Source: a virus (Duplodnaviria > Caudoviricetes). From it: a DNA stretch of 32,208 nucleotides. The notes under the pieces are model-generated. The model did not search any database. It had not been told where the DNA came from and was given only the letters and a program-made list of their open reading frames with translations. This document shows, piece after piece, positions 8,740 through 18,969 of the stretch. The stretch lies in IMG/VR virus record IMGVR_UViG_3300043103_000165, positions 1 through 32,208 of that record; one strand, given 5' to 3'. Position numbers and translations under genes: made by a program. The stretch's first letter is position 1. Every line of letters begins with the position of its first letter.

Positions 8740-10374
8740 CTATGGTAACAATGTGAAAGCTGTGTCATAATTACCAGCAGTAGTCAACCAAGCACCAATA
8801 CCAGTTTCAAGTGCAGACAAACGAGCTGTTGCAAAGATTCTGATTAAGTATTGATCATTATCCATTGTTCCAGAAGGATTACTTTTACGTGGAACACTAT
8901 GCAAGATATTGTAAATAAAATATCTATTAGCACGGGTGATTTCACCAAAAGGATTATAATCTAAAATCTCTCTCATACGAGGATCTTGTTGCCATGGTTC
9001 TTGTTGGTATCTCTTAGCTAAAATTAATTCTCTAATAAGAGTTTCACCAAAACCTCTACCTTGAATAGATTGTTGTGGTTCTGTTTCTACAAATGGTGCA
9101 GATACACAAGGTAAACCTGCATTATCAACGATAGAAGAATAAATTTCAACTGGTTGATATTCAACGTGATCACGTGGAGCAAATGAACAATCACCAAAAG
9201 TAGTATCTACATAAGCACCAGTCAATTCAACAAATGAATCTACAGCATCAACTGATGCAGCAACTGTTAATGGAGTATATCCTAAAGTAGTAATAGAAGA
9301 ATAAATTTTGATTGGTGTAGCAGCAGCAACAACAAATGCAACAACAGCAGAAGCTGAAGGAGTTCCAATTGCAGAAGCAGCAACCAATGGAATATTAGTA
9401 GTAGTTGCACCAGCACCAACATATGCAAGAAGAGGATCAGATGTAGTGATTGCTACAGCAGTACCTACAGTTCCAACAGATTTGCTAACCAAATATGTAC
9501 CAGCACCACCAAGACCAGTTACAAGACCTATAATTGCAGCAGTTCCATAACCAGTAATTGAAATAGTTTGACCAACAGTAAACATACCTGAAGCAGGAGT
9601 AGATACTACAGTCATCAAGTTACCAACAAATGTTGCAGTAGATGAAGTTGCTAAAGTAGGTTTGATTAAAACTCTACTTCCAGCAGCAGGAGCAGTAACA
9701 ACGTTTGCAGAAGTTAAAGCAGTAGCAGTAGCAGCAACACCAGTAGTTGCAACAGTAGCATCATTTCTGTTCCACACTTTTGCAGCAACAAAATTAGATA
9801 ACCATGGGTGGTAAGCAATTTGATCTAACCAGCTTAACAAAACAACGTTAGGATCAATTAAAGCATTAGTTGCACTACAACATCCTGAATATGCATCCAA
9901 AGTAAAGTATGCATTGTGAGTTAAGAAACGCAATGTTGGCGATCCTTTGATGTCTAATCTCAATCGGTAAGTAGAGTTACATGCAATATCAGAACCAGTA
10001 ATCACCGCATTAAAAGCTGCACCAGTTGTAGTATTTACAATACCTACTTGTTTGATGTCTTGTACGGGTGCCAATGGTTCAGATAAAGTAAATGAACTAA
10101 TGTACTTAGGATTGATTCCTTTAGATTTTACAGATTCTTTGTAACCTCCGTGAAAAGGTCCCAATTTATCTACAGTGTGAAAACTACCTTGTGCTAAGTA
10201 CGCTTGTGGCGTAGTAAGGTAAGTTGTTGCACCAGATAATACAACGGATAAATTTGTTGTAGAACTAATTAATGCAAGTTGTCCAGCTGTTAAAGCAGAA
10301 CTTGCGGTACCAGCAGTTGCTAATAAACTGTTAGCAACGAGTGCCTTCTGATAGGCATGAGGAAAATAAGCCAT
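8740..10374 (-). CDS. Putative auxiliary capsid/structural protein with an Ala/Thr/Val-rich central insertion
   Basis: 544 aa, downstream of MCP in the crAss-like head module and followed by a strong terminator. The function is inferred from position. Confidence 0.55.
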   Translation of the reverse strand: MAYFPHAYQKALVANSLLATAGTASSALTAGQLALISSTTNLSVVLSGATTYLTTPQAYLAQGSFHTVDKLGPFHGGYKESVKSKGINPKYISSFTLSEPLAPVQDIKQVGIVNTTTGAAFNAVITGSDIACNSTYRLRLDIKGSPTLRFLTHNAYFTLDAYSGCCSATNALIDPNVVLLSWLDQIAYHPWLSNFVAAKVWNRNDATVATTGVAATATALTSANVVTAPAAGSRVLIKPTLATSSTATFVGNLMTVVSTPASGMFTVGQTISITGYGTAAIIGLVTGLGGAGTYLVSKSVGTVGTAVAITTSDPLLAYVGAGATTTNIPLVAASAIGTPSASAVVAFVVAAATPIKIYSSITTLGYTPLTVAASVDAVDSFVELTGAYVDTTFGDCSFAPRDHVEYQPVEIYSSIVDNAGLPCVSAPFVETEPQQSIQGRGFGETLIRELILAKRYQQEPWQQDPRMREILDYNPFGEITRANRYFIYNILHSVPRKSNPSGTMDNDQYLIRIFATARLSALETGIGAWLTTAGNYDTAFTLLP

Positions 10375-10406
10375 TTTAAAAGATATTGAGGGTTAATAAT
10401 AAAATT

Positions 10407-10850
10407 TTATTTTAAGAATAGTAGTTTATATTTAATACCATTCAGTGTACTTTTTATAGCATCGAGATCATTTACAATTTCAGTGTAAGGCATTACAGCT
10501 TGTAATCCATTGACCATCTGATATATATCTCGTATATAAGATAATGCTTCTTCTGCAGAATTCAAAATTCTTGGAGCAGAATCTTCATAATTTAATAGTT
10601 TTTCACAAGCACCTTGGAATCCTTCTGCTAAATCATCAGCATGTCCAGGTAATGCATCATATAATTCATTCAATGCTTTATGTGCAGCAAACGAACCTAA
10701 TCCAGTTACTTTTAAATGTAACTTGTGAAAACTTGTTGCAGCATTCATTAACTCGCTTACACAAGCTGCTGTTTTACCTTCAAGTGATGAGCTAGATGAT
10801 CCAACTGATCCTGCTGGTTTTTTTAATTTGTAACCTGATGTAAAATCCAT
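10407..10850 (-). CDS. Ferritin/Dps-like four-helix protein (DUF5856-like)
   Basis: HKLHLKVTG..FAAHKALNELYD...DDLAE matches the Dps-type H...H...D...E ferroxidase pattern. Confidence 0.75.
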   Translation of the reverse strand: MDFTSGYKLKKPAGSVGSSSSSLEGKTAACVSELMNAATSFHKLHLKVTGLGSFAAHKALNELYDALPGHADDLAEGFQGACEKLLNYEDSAPRILNSAEEALSYIRDIYQMVNGLQAVMPYTEIVNDLDAIKSTLNGIKYKLLFLK

Positions 10851-10854
10851 GGTG

Positions 10855-11559
10855 TTAATTATTTGTTATTGCTTGTTGTTTTGTTCTTTGGTATTGGTTC
10901 ATTGATTCAATGTCACCTGCTAATATTGAGCATGTTTCATCTATCATTAACTCAACAATATCATCTTTAAATTCTGATGTTACATCAGATGCTGAAACAA
11001 CACCTGTTGATGGATTCACACAATTTATAAATTGTATCTCACGTGGTTTTCTAAAATAAAACAATTTAGGATTTGATATCTTAAATTCGTTATTAGTATA
11101 TATTTTAATTTTATTACTTGCAAATGTGCAAAAAGTTTCACCCCATACAGCACTTGGTTTTCTAAAATCATCTACTAACAAGTTATCTACATCACCTACT
11201 TGCGCAAGATAAACAATCATTGGTCTAGGATCAGGACAACAATCTGATAAACAGTTTACTGACAATCTTTTAAAATACAGATAATCAACAGGTAATAAAG
11301 CTGTTTCGTAATATCTATCTTCTAATGTAGCAGTTAACTGCAATTCAGTAATTAATATTTGAATATCATCAATGTTCATTTTTGTAGACTCGTCACCTTC
11401 TTTACTTTGATTATGACCATGTACTTGTCTACGTATCCATTCTATCTGTGCTTTATTAAACGCTTCAATAATTTGCCAGCACTCGATGTTATCATAATCG
11501 AGTGAGGCAAGTTTATTAAGACGTTCTTTAATTTTTATTTGTAATAAAGCGTTTGTCAT
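10855..11559 (-). CDS. Putative neck/ring (head-tail connector) protein
   Basis: 234 aa. The helical N-terminus (FNKAQIEWI), YFRKP motif and position fit crAss-like ring proteins. Confidence 0.55.
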   Translation of the reverse strand: MTNALLQIKIKERLNKLASLDYDNIECWQIIEAFNKAQIEWIRRQVHGHNQSKEGDESTKMNIDDIQILITELQLTATLEDRYYETALLPVDYLYFKRLSVNCLSDCCPDPRPMIVYLAQVGDVDNLLVDDFRKPSAVWGETFCTFASNKIKIYTNNEFKISNPKLFYFRKPREIQFINCVNPSTGVVSASDVTSEFKDDIVELMIDETCSILAGDIESMNQYQRTKQQAITNN

Positions 11560-11570
11560 GATTTTTTATA

Positions 11571-11699
11571 TTAGCATTTTTTACCACCCATTTTCTTCAT
11601 ACCTCCGTATCTTGCAACAGGAATAATAGGAGCAGGTTTGTAAACTACTTTTTTAGAATCCTTAGAATCCTTACTTAATTGATTTTTATTAAATGACAT
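11571..11699 (-). CDS. 42-aa basic microprotein with GG motifs; not in the ORF track
   Basis: Hand translation MSFNKNQLSKDSKDSKKVVYKPAPIIPVARYGGMKKMGGKKC*. It fills the intergenic gap. Confidence 0.65.
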   Translation of the reverse strand: MSFNKNQLSKDSKDSKKVVYKPAPIIPVARYGGMKKMGGKKC

Positions 11700-11716
11700 T
11701 GTATATTGTGTTTAGA

Positions 11717-12733
11717 TTATACTGACCAATATCTTTCTGTATTTGTAACTACATCTAAAAGAATTTCTTCATTCAAAGGATTTTTTAAATATAATAAAAT
11801 ATCAGATGGATTTTTACCTAACATTGAACCAGATTTCATATGGTAAATATTACCATCACCTCTAGTAGCAATTAACTTATAAAAATTAGCATCTTTAATA
11901 ACAGCTCTTAATTTTAAAGTTTCCATGTCTAATGCACATGTATCTAAAAACTTCTGAGCAGTCATTCGTTTATCTTTGTCAACAGTCTCACCACTAATAT
12001 ACTTATCCATGTTATCATATAAAATATCAACTGGTGTAGATTTTTTATACTGTGTTGAATTAGGGTCAATTACTTTACATACATAAAATAATTTATTAGT
12101 GTTCTTATCAAATAATTTTTGCAATTCTGCAAAAGCTTTATTTTTAAGTTTTTTAAGTTCTGTTTTGATAGAAGCTGTTTCTTCAAATCTATCTAAGTAA
12201 AACTTAAACTTTGGTGCTTCTCTTCTTGCAACTTCTAATGATTTTGCAACAATGCTAAAACCACCATGTTCAATAGCTCTTAATTTAATAAGATCATATG
12301 GATCATTTTGTGGATCTAAATAAACAGGTTCATTACTAAATCGCATTGCAATTTTTCCCCAAAACTCATCATTGTCTGGTCTAAGTAATTTTACCTTATT
12401 CCAAAAGTCTGGATCATTAACATCAATAACATTTGCAACAAGTTCTTTTTCTAATTGTGCAACTGTAGATCTAATATCTTTTACCATAGCTTCTCTTTCT
12501 GCTTCTGGTAAGTTTTTTACTTCTGGTGCAAATTCATTTAAACCTGTAACATATCTTTTGATACCATTGTTCTCAAGACATACGATTTGTTCTTCGTGAA
12601 AGATACCTTCAAATAAAACCATTTGGTATTTTTCTAATCCCATATTAGAATTAGTGTTGTCCACAAAAGGTCTAATTGTCAAAGAGCTGCTTCTTTTTAA
12701 CGACTGATGCTTGTCGATCATTGTAAGTTCCAT
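11717..12733 (-). CDS. Conserved head-module hypothetical protein
   Basis: 338-aa ORF downstream of MCP, a position occupied by a conserved gene in crAss-like phages. Confidence 0.7.
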   Translation of the reverse strand: MELTMIDKHQSLKRSSSLTIRPFVDNTNSNMGLEKYQMVLFEGIFHEEQIVCLENNGIKRYVTGLNEFAPEVKNLPEAEREAMVKDIRSTVAQLEKELVANVIDVNDPDFWNKVKLLRPDNDEFWGKIAMRFSNEPVYLDPQNDPYDLIKLRAIEHGGFSIVAKSLEVARREAPKFKFYLDRFEETASIKTELKKLKNKAFAELQKLFDKNTNKLFYVCKVIDPNSTQYKKSTPVDILYDNMDKYISGETVDKDKRMTAQKFLDTCALDMETLKLRAVIKDANFYKLIATRGDGNIYHMKSGSMLGKNPSDILLYLKNPLNEEILLDVVTNTERYWSV

Positions 12734-12796
12734 TCTGTTTAAATTTAAGTTGGTTGTATTCTTCTTTTCTCTGTTTTTGTAATTATTAGTTTAAAG

Positions 12797-12898
12797 CTCC
12801 TAAACCACGTCACGGTTATTACATCTTAGGAGTACCTGCATTACTGCAGGCAGTTGACTAAGTCAACTTGGGGAGAGAGGGTATCTCTTCAACTTGCC
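12797..12898 (-). ncRNA. Candidate structured cis-regulatory RNA (four adjacent hairpins)
   Basis: Inverted repeats at 12797-12803/12826-12832, 12835-12850 (GTAA loop on the minus strand), 12852-12868 and 12874-12888. Confidence 0.45.
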
Positions 12899-12921
12899 AT
12901 ACTATGTGCAAGTAATTACAT

Positions 12922-13113
12922 TTATGCTTTTTTGTACGTAGTCGGTGACACAGTAGCTGCAGCATTTTTTTGTACTGATTGAGGATTAGTAGGTGACTTA
13001 ACAACTATATGATTCCCCATTTCTTTCAAATTTTTTGCTACAGATTGTGGGTTAGTAGCATTCTTAACTACTATATGATTTCCCATTACTGCATTATTTT
13101 TACTTGTTGCCAT
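12922..13113 (-). CDS. 63-aa protein with an internal tandem repeat
   Basis: MGNHIVVKxxTNPQSVxKN occurs twice with a 22-aa (66-nt) period. Confidence 0.7.
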   Translation of the reverse strand: MATSKNNAVMGNHIVVKNATNPQSVAKNLKEMGNHIVVKSPTNPQSVQKNAAATVSPTTYKKA

Positions 13114-13130
13114 TTCTTTTTTTATTAATT

Positions 13131-13165
13131 GTACTTACCTGGGGAAATTAAATCCCCAGGAGTAC
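13131..13165 (-). promoter_or_regulatory. Strong hairpin directly after the MCP stop (mRNA stabiliser or attenuator)
   Basis: CCTGGGGA 13138-13145 pairs with TCCCCAGG 13153-13160, with an outer GTACT/AGTAC stem. There is no U-tract on the minus strand. Confidence 0.5.
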
Positions 13166-13175
13166 AAAGTTAATA

Positions 13176-14825
13176 CTAGAATGATCCACCTGTTACAGGG
13201 TTTCTCATAACAATTTTCAATACTTTGGTTGGATCTTTTACCCAGATACTTGGCATGGTTTGAGTCATGTAAACTCTGTATCCATTAAAGTTTCCAGAAG
13301 AAGCAAATCCTTGAGATCTACCCATATAATCCATAGTACCATTTTGATAGAACCATTTCAATTGATTATCCCAAGATAATTTCAACAAGAAGATGTTGTC
13401 ATTAGTGTTATCAGTGATATCAAATACGATAAAGTTGTAAGAAGACAATGGGAAACCATCAATGATTGGATTCTCAATATCATTAGTATGTACGTTATCA
13501 AATGCAGGATTCAATACAAACTTAACATTTGCCAAGAAAGGAATTGTGTAGCTTGTAAAAGCAAATCCAAAGTTCAAGTCCATAGCGTTGTTACCTGAAA
13601 TAGCACCAACACCTGATTTGTCCATGTTAGCAATCAATCCAGTAGTACCTCCGATAGTTCCAGAGAATGCTTCTTTTTTGATAGCTTCGTTAACCATTCT
13701 CATACCAGCCATACCAGTTTGAACAATGATTTGACGATTTGGATCTGGTCCTTTGAATTCAACTTTACCATTGTAGAAGTTAAAGATCTCAGAACGGAAC
13801 AACTCTAAGTTAAATGTAGACTTGTTATAGATACGTTTGTATGAGTTGTCTAATTGAGACCAAAGTCCTACTGATAAACGGATATCATCTGGACCATCTT
13901 GTTTAATTCTACCACCTTGTCCCCACATTAAGTAAGTCTCGATGTCATTTGCAACTTTTGATAAGTGAGCTGCTTCTAAGTTAGTAACGAATGAACGAGT
14001 CAAATTACCATTATCATATGATTTTTTGATCCAATCTTTACCCATAGATTTAACCATGTCATCAATCTTAGTGATAGATGGATCAAGGTTTTTATCAAAT
14101 GATCTCCAGATCTCAGTTACAGGAACTGTACCATCTGCATTAAGACCACCTTTCATCATCATGTCAGCACGAGATGAAATTGAATAGTGTACGTGAGCTT
14201 CAGCACCTCCTACGAAGTTGTAATACTCACGGAAACCATTTTGCAATTCTCCGATATCTGAGAATCTTTCACCATACTCACCACGAGCAGAACCTTTTCT
14301 GAAGAATTTAGTTCCTGGTTTAAGATACTTTTTATCTAAAGTAGCAGTGTTGTTGTTGTTTACCAACTGAACAGTGTAAACAAATCCATCACCTGATGGC
14401 AAGATGTCTTCATTTGGTAAGATGTACAACTCTAGACCTTTATATTTATCATAAGTGATGATATCACCATGACCAAATATACGTCTGTTAATTTTGATTT
14501 TGAAAGAAACTCCATCAGCTCCTAAAGTAGTCTGAGTAGGTTCTACGTCTTCTACAATGTAAGGAAGATCTTGTACAATAGGCGTTTGCCATTTGTACTC
14601 TCCACGAGCATTGTCTACCATGATGGTGTTTTTACCACCGAAAGATGCCATCTGATAAAGAGGCATTTCTACCTTTTGCGTCATTGCCCATAAGTCAACA
14701 GGTCCTAAATCCATAGGTTCTGAACTTTTAAGCATATTTTGCAAATGGTATGAGTCTACATGCGAGCTTACCTTGTAGGTAGTGTCACGCAAGAAGAGAC
14801 CATTGTTTAAAACAGGTGTTGCCAT
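13176..14825 (-). CDS. Major capsid protein (crAss-like)
   Basis: 549 aa, following the portal and scaffold-like genes. It has highly-expressed-type codons (TTC/AAC/ATC) and E..LMWG and GLWSQL segments typical of this MCP group. Confidence 0.8.
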   Translation of the reverse strand: MATPVLNNGLFLRDTTYKVSSHVDSYHLQNMLKSSEPMDLGPVDLWAMTQKVEMPLYQMASFGGKNTIMVDNARGEYKWQTPIVQDLPYIVEDVEPTQTTLGADGVSFKIKINRRIFGHGDIITYDKYKGLELYILPNEDILPSGDGFVYTVQLVNNNNTATLDKKYLKPGTKFFRKGSARGEYGERFSDIGELQNGFREYYNFVGGAEAHVHYSISSRADMMMKGGLNADGTVPVTEIWRSFDKNLDPSITKIDDMVKSMGKDWIKKSYDNGNLTRSFVTNLEAAHLSKVANDIETYLMWGQGGRIKQDGPDDIRLSVGLWSQLDNSYKRIYNKSTFNLELFRSEIFNFYNGKVEFKGPDPNRQIIVQTGMAGMRMVNEAIKKEAFSGTIGGTTGLIANMDKSGVGAISGNNAMDLNFGFAFTSYTIPFLANVKFVLNPAFDNVHTNDIENPIIDGFPLSSYNFIVFDITDNTNDNIFLLKLSWDNQLKWFYQNGTMDYMGRSQGFASSGNFNGYRVYMTQTMPSIWVKDPTKVLKIVMRNPVTGGSF

Positions 14826-14850
14826 TTTTTAAAATAATTAAGGTTAATGT

Positions 14851-16107
14851 TTAGCGTTTGAAAATATTTGTTTGTCTTGTAATCTTTCTTGTTGAAGGTT
14901 TAGCATCATCGTCATCATCTCTTGTATAAGAAGAAATCTTACGTGATTCTTCTGTTTTAAGTTTTCTAACTGTGTCAGCTACTACCTCATTCTTTGCTTG
15001 CTTTCTAATGTTTTCTTTATAATCTTCAGGATCAGAAAGTAACCATAATGTTTCAGCAATTAAATCATATCTTGGTTCTTTACCAAATTGATAATCTTCT
15101 AAAAGTTTTCCTAACATATTTGTAGGTCGTCCTGTAATACTTTCATATTTAACAGTTGTGAGTTCATCCCACAAAAACTTTTGTCTTTTACCATCTAGTT
15201 TTACACCGTTCAATTCTCCAGGTTTTAAAGTTTCATATATGTTATGCATATATGCTTCTTTCTTTGCCTGCTGTTGTTGTTTAAAGTGTTCTTGTTGTGC
15301 AAGTTTAGATTGTAACATTTCTTCTTGCAGATCGTCTAATTTTGGTTTGAACTGATTTGCTTTTTTCTGTAAGTTACCATTTTCTGCCCACTCCTGAATT
15401 TGTTCTTCAATTAACTCTTGATCATTATTACCAAAACCTGTCGCTTGTAAGTATTGTCTTACAATCATCTCTTGGTGTTCTGGTTCTCTTACATCAAGTT
15501 CACGAACTTCTTCAACATGAGCTAATGCTCTAAATAAACCTTTTAAATCTTGTCCACCTTTAGCAACATACTCTGCAGCATATTGTAATTCTTCAGGTAA
15601 ACTTTCAAAGAACTCTTTTGGAGTTTTTGCAGCAACCTCATCTTTCATGTTGCTTACATTGGCTTGCCATAACTCCTCTACATCTTTTTCTGATAATGTT
15701 CCTAAGTAATCATCTAATGATTGATTAGTCTCATCATAATCATCAAAAGCAAACATTTCGTTGTTTTCAATTCTTTTCTTTAAGAATGATACTAAACCAC
15801 TTTTGTCTGTCTTTGCTCTACCACCTTTTCTTTTAGGTTCGTCATCAGCATCTTCATCTTCTTCTCCTGTTTTAAGAACTGTATCTAATGCATCTAATGC
15901 ACTGTCAGTTTCAACTTCTTCCTCTTCATCCTTTTCTAGGAAGTCTAAGTTAACAGGTTTACTATTTGATGTAAACAGGTTAGGTTTTTTATCATCATCA
16001 TCATCCGATGTAACTACACTGTCTGCACCTGGCATCGGTAAAAAGTCATCAATATTTTCGATAACGGTGCTTTCTACCTGTGATTGGTTGTTTGCGTTTG
16101 TACTCAT
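14851..16107 (-). CDS. Acidic coiled-coil protein, putative capsid scaffold
   Basis: 418 aa with a D/E-rich N-terminus and Q/K/E coiled coil, lying between portal and MCP. Confidence 0.6.
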   Translation of the reverse strand: MSTNANNQSQVESTVIENIDDFLPMPGADSVVTSDDDDDKKPNLFTSNSKPVNLDFLEKDEEEEVETDSALDALDTVLKTGEEDEDADDEPKRKGGRAKTDKSGLVSFLKKRIENNEMFAFDDYDETNQSLDDYLGTLSEKDVEELWQANVSNMKDEVAAKTPKEFFESLPEELQYAAEYVAKGGQDLKGLFRALAHVEEVRELDVREPEHQEMIVRQYLQATGFGNNDQELIEEQIQEWAENGNLQKKANQFKPKLDDLQEEMLQSKLAQQEHFKQQQQAKKEAYMHNIYETLKPGELNGVKLDGKRQKFLWDELTTVKYESITGRPTNMLGKLLEDYQFGKEPRYDLIAETLWLLSDPEDYKENIRKQAKNEVVADTVRKLKTEESRKISSYTRDDDDDAKPSTRKITRQTNIFKR

Positions 16108-16224
16108 TGTTTTTAAATTAGTTGGATTATCTTTTCTTCTTCATATATAATCTACAAATTAAATCTAAAAGATTTATTAGTAGTTAAATTTTATTTTTAC
16201 ATTTTTGCCACTATAACGCTACAA

Positions 16225-18954
16225 CTACTTTTTGTCATATTTATTTTTGTTCATAGCGGCAACTTGCACCTGTTTATTAGCAATTCTTTCACGTGTTTGT
16301 AACTCTTCACGTTTTAAATTTGCTTTAGTTTGCTCATTTACTTGTTTGTTTATTTCAGATTCACGTTTTAAAGAAATGTTTTGTCTGTCAATTTCTTTCT
16401 TATCAAGATATTCTAATGTGTCAATATAATCTGATTGTTGATTAGTATTGAAATCTTGACCACCTGTATATCCTGCAGAACGTATTTCAGCTTCGTAAAT
16501 ATCTTTATCACGATCAAGTTGATTCTGTTCAGCTTGCCATGCAAGTTTTTGTTCTTGTCTTTCAGACTCAGCTTTTTGCACCATCTCAACTTGTTGTTGT
16601 TGAGCTTGCTGATCTTGTTGACGTTGAGCGTTAACTTTTTCTTCAATTGCTTTAAGAGTATGAGTAATTTCTGCAAGTGAGTCTGCTTTGATCAAATTAC
16701 CTAAATCATATATAGAAGCACCTGCTGTATTGTTTGATAATGCAAGGTTTCTAATTTGATCAGTAATCTGACGTTGATTTACTTTTGTAGAAGTAAATAC
16801 ATTTAATTCTCTTGATAATAAATCAGTACCATTAATTTGGAAGTTTACTTTTTCGTCAAGAGTTGTAATATATTGTAATCTTACACTTGGTTTAGTACTG
16901 TGATAGTATTGTGCAAGATCAGTACGCATCTGATGTACTCTAGGCATTAGGTATTCTGAGTGATTTACAAAATACATTTCTGTTTGAGAGTAACTCATGT
17001 TGATTGCTTGTTCAACACCTGTAGCAGTTTCTTGACTAAGTGTTTGACCCATACGTTGTGGGTTTAATCCAATTACCTCAAACGCTTGTTGTTTAAAGTA
17101 GTTAGATAACTGTATTCTAGACATTAACCTTTGTGTTTGTTCTAAGTTTAGAACTTGGTAATGTTGAAAGTTTAATGCATTCTCAGTATTTGTAATAGAT
17201 GTATCAAGAGGTAACATCTGGAAATCTTTCATTGCAACATATGCTTTTGCAAGATTGTTCTTACCCCAGTCTTCACCCATAGAGTGACGTGGTAAAGAGT
17301 TTTGGTCAAGCATAATAACAGTACCTAACTCATCTACTAAGATATCTGCTATCTGGTTATTAGTAAGATTGTAACCAATTTGGAATGGTTTCATCTTATC
17401 TACCATAGATCTTGATCTACTATTTCTATCATGGAATACAGATCCTTCTACAGGAAGCTTACATCCATATAATGTACTGTCACCTTTAAATTGGAACTTC
17501 AATGGTTCTACATTTAAATACAAAGGTTTGAAACCCATGTTGTCATTGTTACCATAGAAGGAAGGTCTGTTAGGTCCAATTTTAACACCACCCCAAACTT
17601 GATTAATCCAGATCCAATCTATATGATCACCAAATACTAAATTGTCTTTTTGTTTACCTTTAAGTACAGTGTTATCATATAAAGGTTTCTCAGTTACTTT
17701 ATAGTTCTCATCTACAATAGTTTGATGCATCATTCCTTCCTCATCAATTTTTGTAAGATGTCCTAACATTCTTTGTGATTTCCAGTATGCTGTAGTAACA
17801 CGTAATAAAGAGTAATTACTAAAATCCATTAAATCTTCAGATTCATTAAGGATTCTGTAAATAATATCATCACCTGTATTTAATGTCGCATCTCTGTGTG
17901 CTAAAAATTGACGCATTCCTAAAGAAGGTCCTTCAACGTTCCAGTCATGTGATCTTGTAGAATCATAGAATGATCCATCATTTTGTACACCAGGTAAAGC
18001 ATATCCTGCAGATTTAACAGGGTATATTGCTTCTAATTGTTGCATCTCATCTTTAGTCATCATGTATCCATACTTGTCGATGATATCTGAGATAGTCATT
18101 AAGTCTAATCTACCTACCCAGTTTGATTGAGATACATATCGTGCTTCAGGAGATTTATGATAGAATGTAAGAACAGGGTTCCATACTTCAATATCATAAT
18201 CATCTTCATTTAATTTAAAGTGCCAAAATTCTCTATCAGTAATTAACATGTCTCTAAAAGCCATGTTCTCTAATTCTTTCATGTAGAATCTTTCACTATC
18301 AACTGCGTGCTGATGTGATGCCCATTGTTCTACAAGTGAACGGTAATCCTTTTTAAAAAACTGCTCAATCTCAGGAAGAGTTTTTATATTATCAGGAGAC
18401 ATCATTTGTTGTGCTTGTTGAGCTTGTTGCTCATCTTCCATGTTCAAACCCATTTGTTGAATGGTTTGCTGCATCTTCTGTTCACCATATGCAACAAGTG
18501 TTTGCTCAATCATTCCTCTTTTAGAATCAAGCATCTCATTAAATGATATATCATCTACTGCTCTATACGTAATCTTATCATTACGTTTTGCAAATTCTCC
18601 TGTGAGTACATTAATAACATTTGGAATAATAGGAAAGAACTTTAACTCAAATGCTGACATATCCTCTTTGGTAAGAGTGTCAATCAAATCAGCATATTCG
18701 TTATCTTCTTCAACGATATAATCTGTCTTATCGATTATACCATTTGCCAACTTATAGTTTTTTAGTAAGCGTCTTGCATTACGTCTAATTTGTTTAAGAC
18801 CTTGCATTTCCAACCAGTCAAGATTCCATGCTCCCCACTGTTCATTTTTTTGAGAAGCAAGCAAAAACTGAATAGGTTGCGTAAGCGTACCCATTCTGTT
18901 ATATTCTGTTGTAGCACCTCCTTTAAGTTGGAGAGCATTATATAATTTTGGCAT
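16225..18954 (-). CDS. Portal protein
   Basis: 909 aa immediately after TerL. It has FFPIIPNVINVLTGE, FRDMLITDREF, ETATGVEQA and a Q-rich coiled-coil C-terminus. Confidence 0.85.
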   Translation of the reverse strand: MPKLYNALQLKGGATTEYNRMGTLTQPIQFLLASQKNEQWGAWNLDWLEMQGLKQIRRNARRLLKNYKLANGIIDKTDYIVEEDNEYADLIDTLTKEDMSAFELKFFPIIPNVINVLTGEFAKRNDKITYRAVDDISFNEMLDSKRGMIEQTLVAYGEQKMQQTIQQMGLNMEDEQQAQQAQQMMSPDNIKTLPEIEQFFKKDYRSLVEQWASHQHAVDSERFYMKELENMAFRDMLITDREFWHFKLNEDDYDIEVWNPVLTFYHKSPEARYVSQSNWVGRLDLMTISDIIDKYGYMMTKDEMQQLEAIYPVKSAGYALPGVQNDGSFYDSTRSHDWNVEGPSLGMRQFLAHRDATLNTGDDIIYRILNESEDLMDFSNYSLLRVTTAYWKSQRMLGHLTKIDEEGMMHQTIVDENYKVTEKPLYDNTVLKGKQKDNLVFGDHIDWIWINQVWGGVKIGPNRPSFYGNNDNMGFKPLYLNVEPLKFQFKGDSTLYGCKLPVEGSVFHDRNSRSRSMVDKMKPFQIGYNLTNNQIADILVDELGTVIMLDQNSLPRHSMGEDWGKNNLAKAYVAMKDFQMLPLDTSITNTENALNFQHYQVLNLEQTQRLMSRIQLSNYFKQQAFEVIGLNPQRMGQTLSQETATGVEQAINMSYSQTEMYFVNHSEYLMPRVHQMRTDLAQYYHSTKPSVRLQYITTLDEKVNFQINGTDLLSRELNVFTSTKVNQRQITDQIRNLALSNNTAGASIYDLGNLIKADSLAEITHTLKAIEEKVNAQRQQDQQAQQQQVEMVQKAESERQEQKLAWQAEQNQLDRDKDIYEAEIRSAGYTGGQDFNTNQQSDYIDTLEYLDKKEIDRQNISLKRESEINKQVNEQTKANLKREELQTRERIANKQVQVAAMNKNKYDKK

Positions 18955-18969
18955 AGTTGTATATATTTA

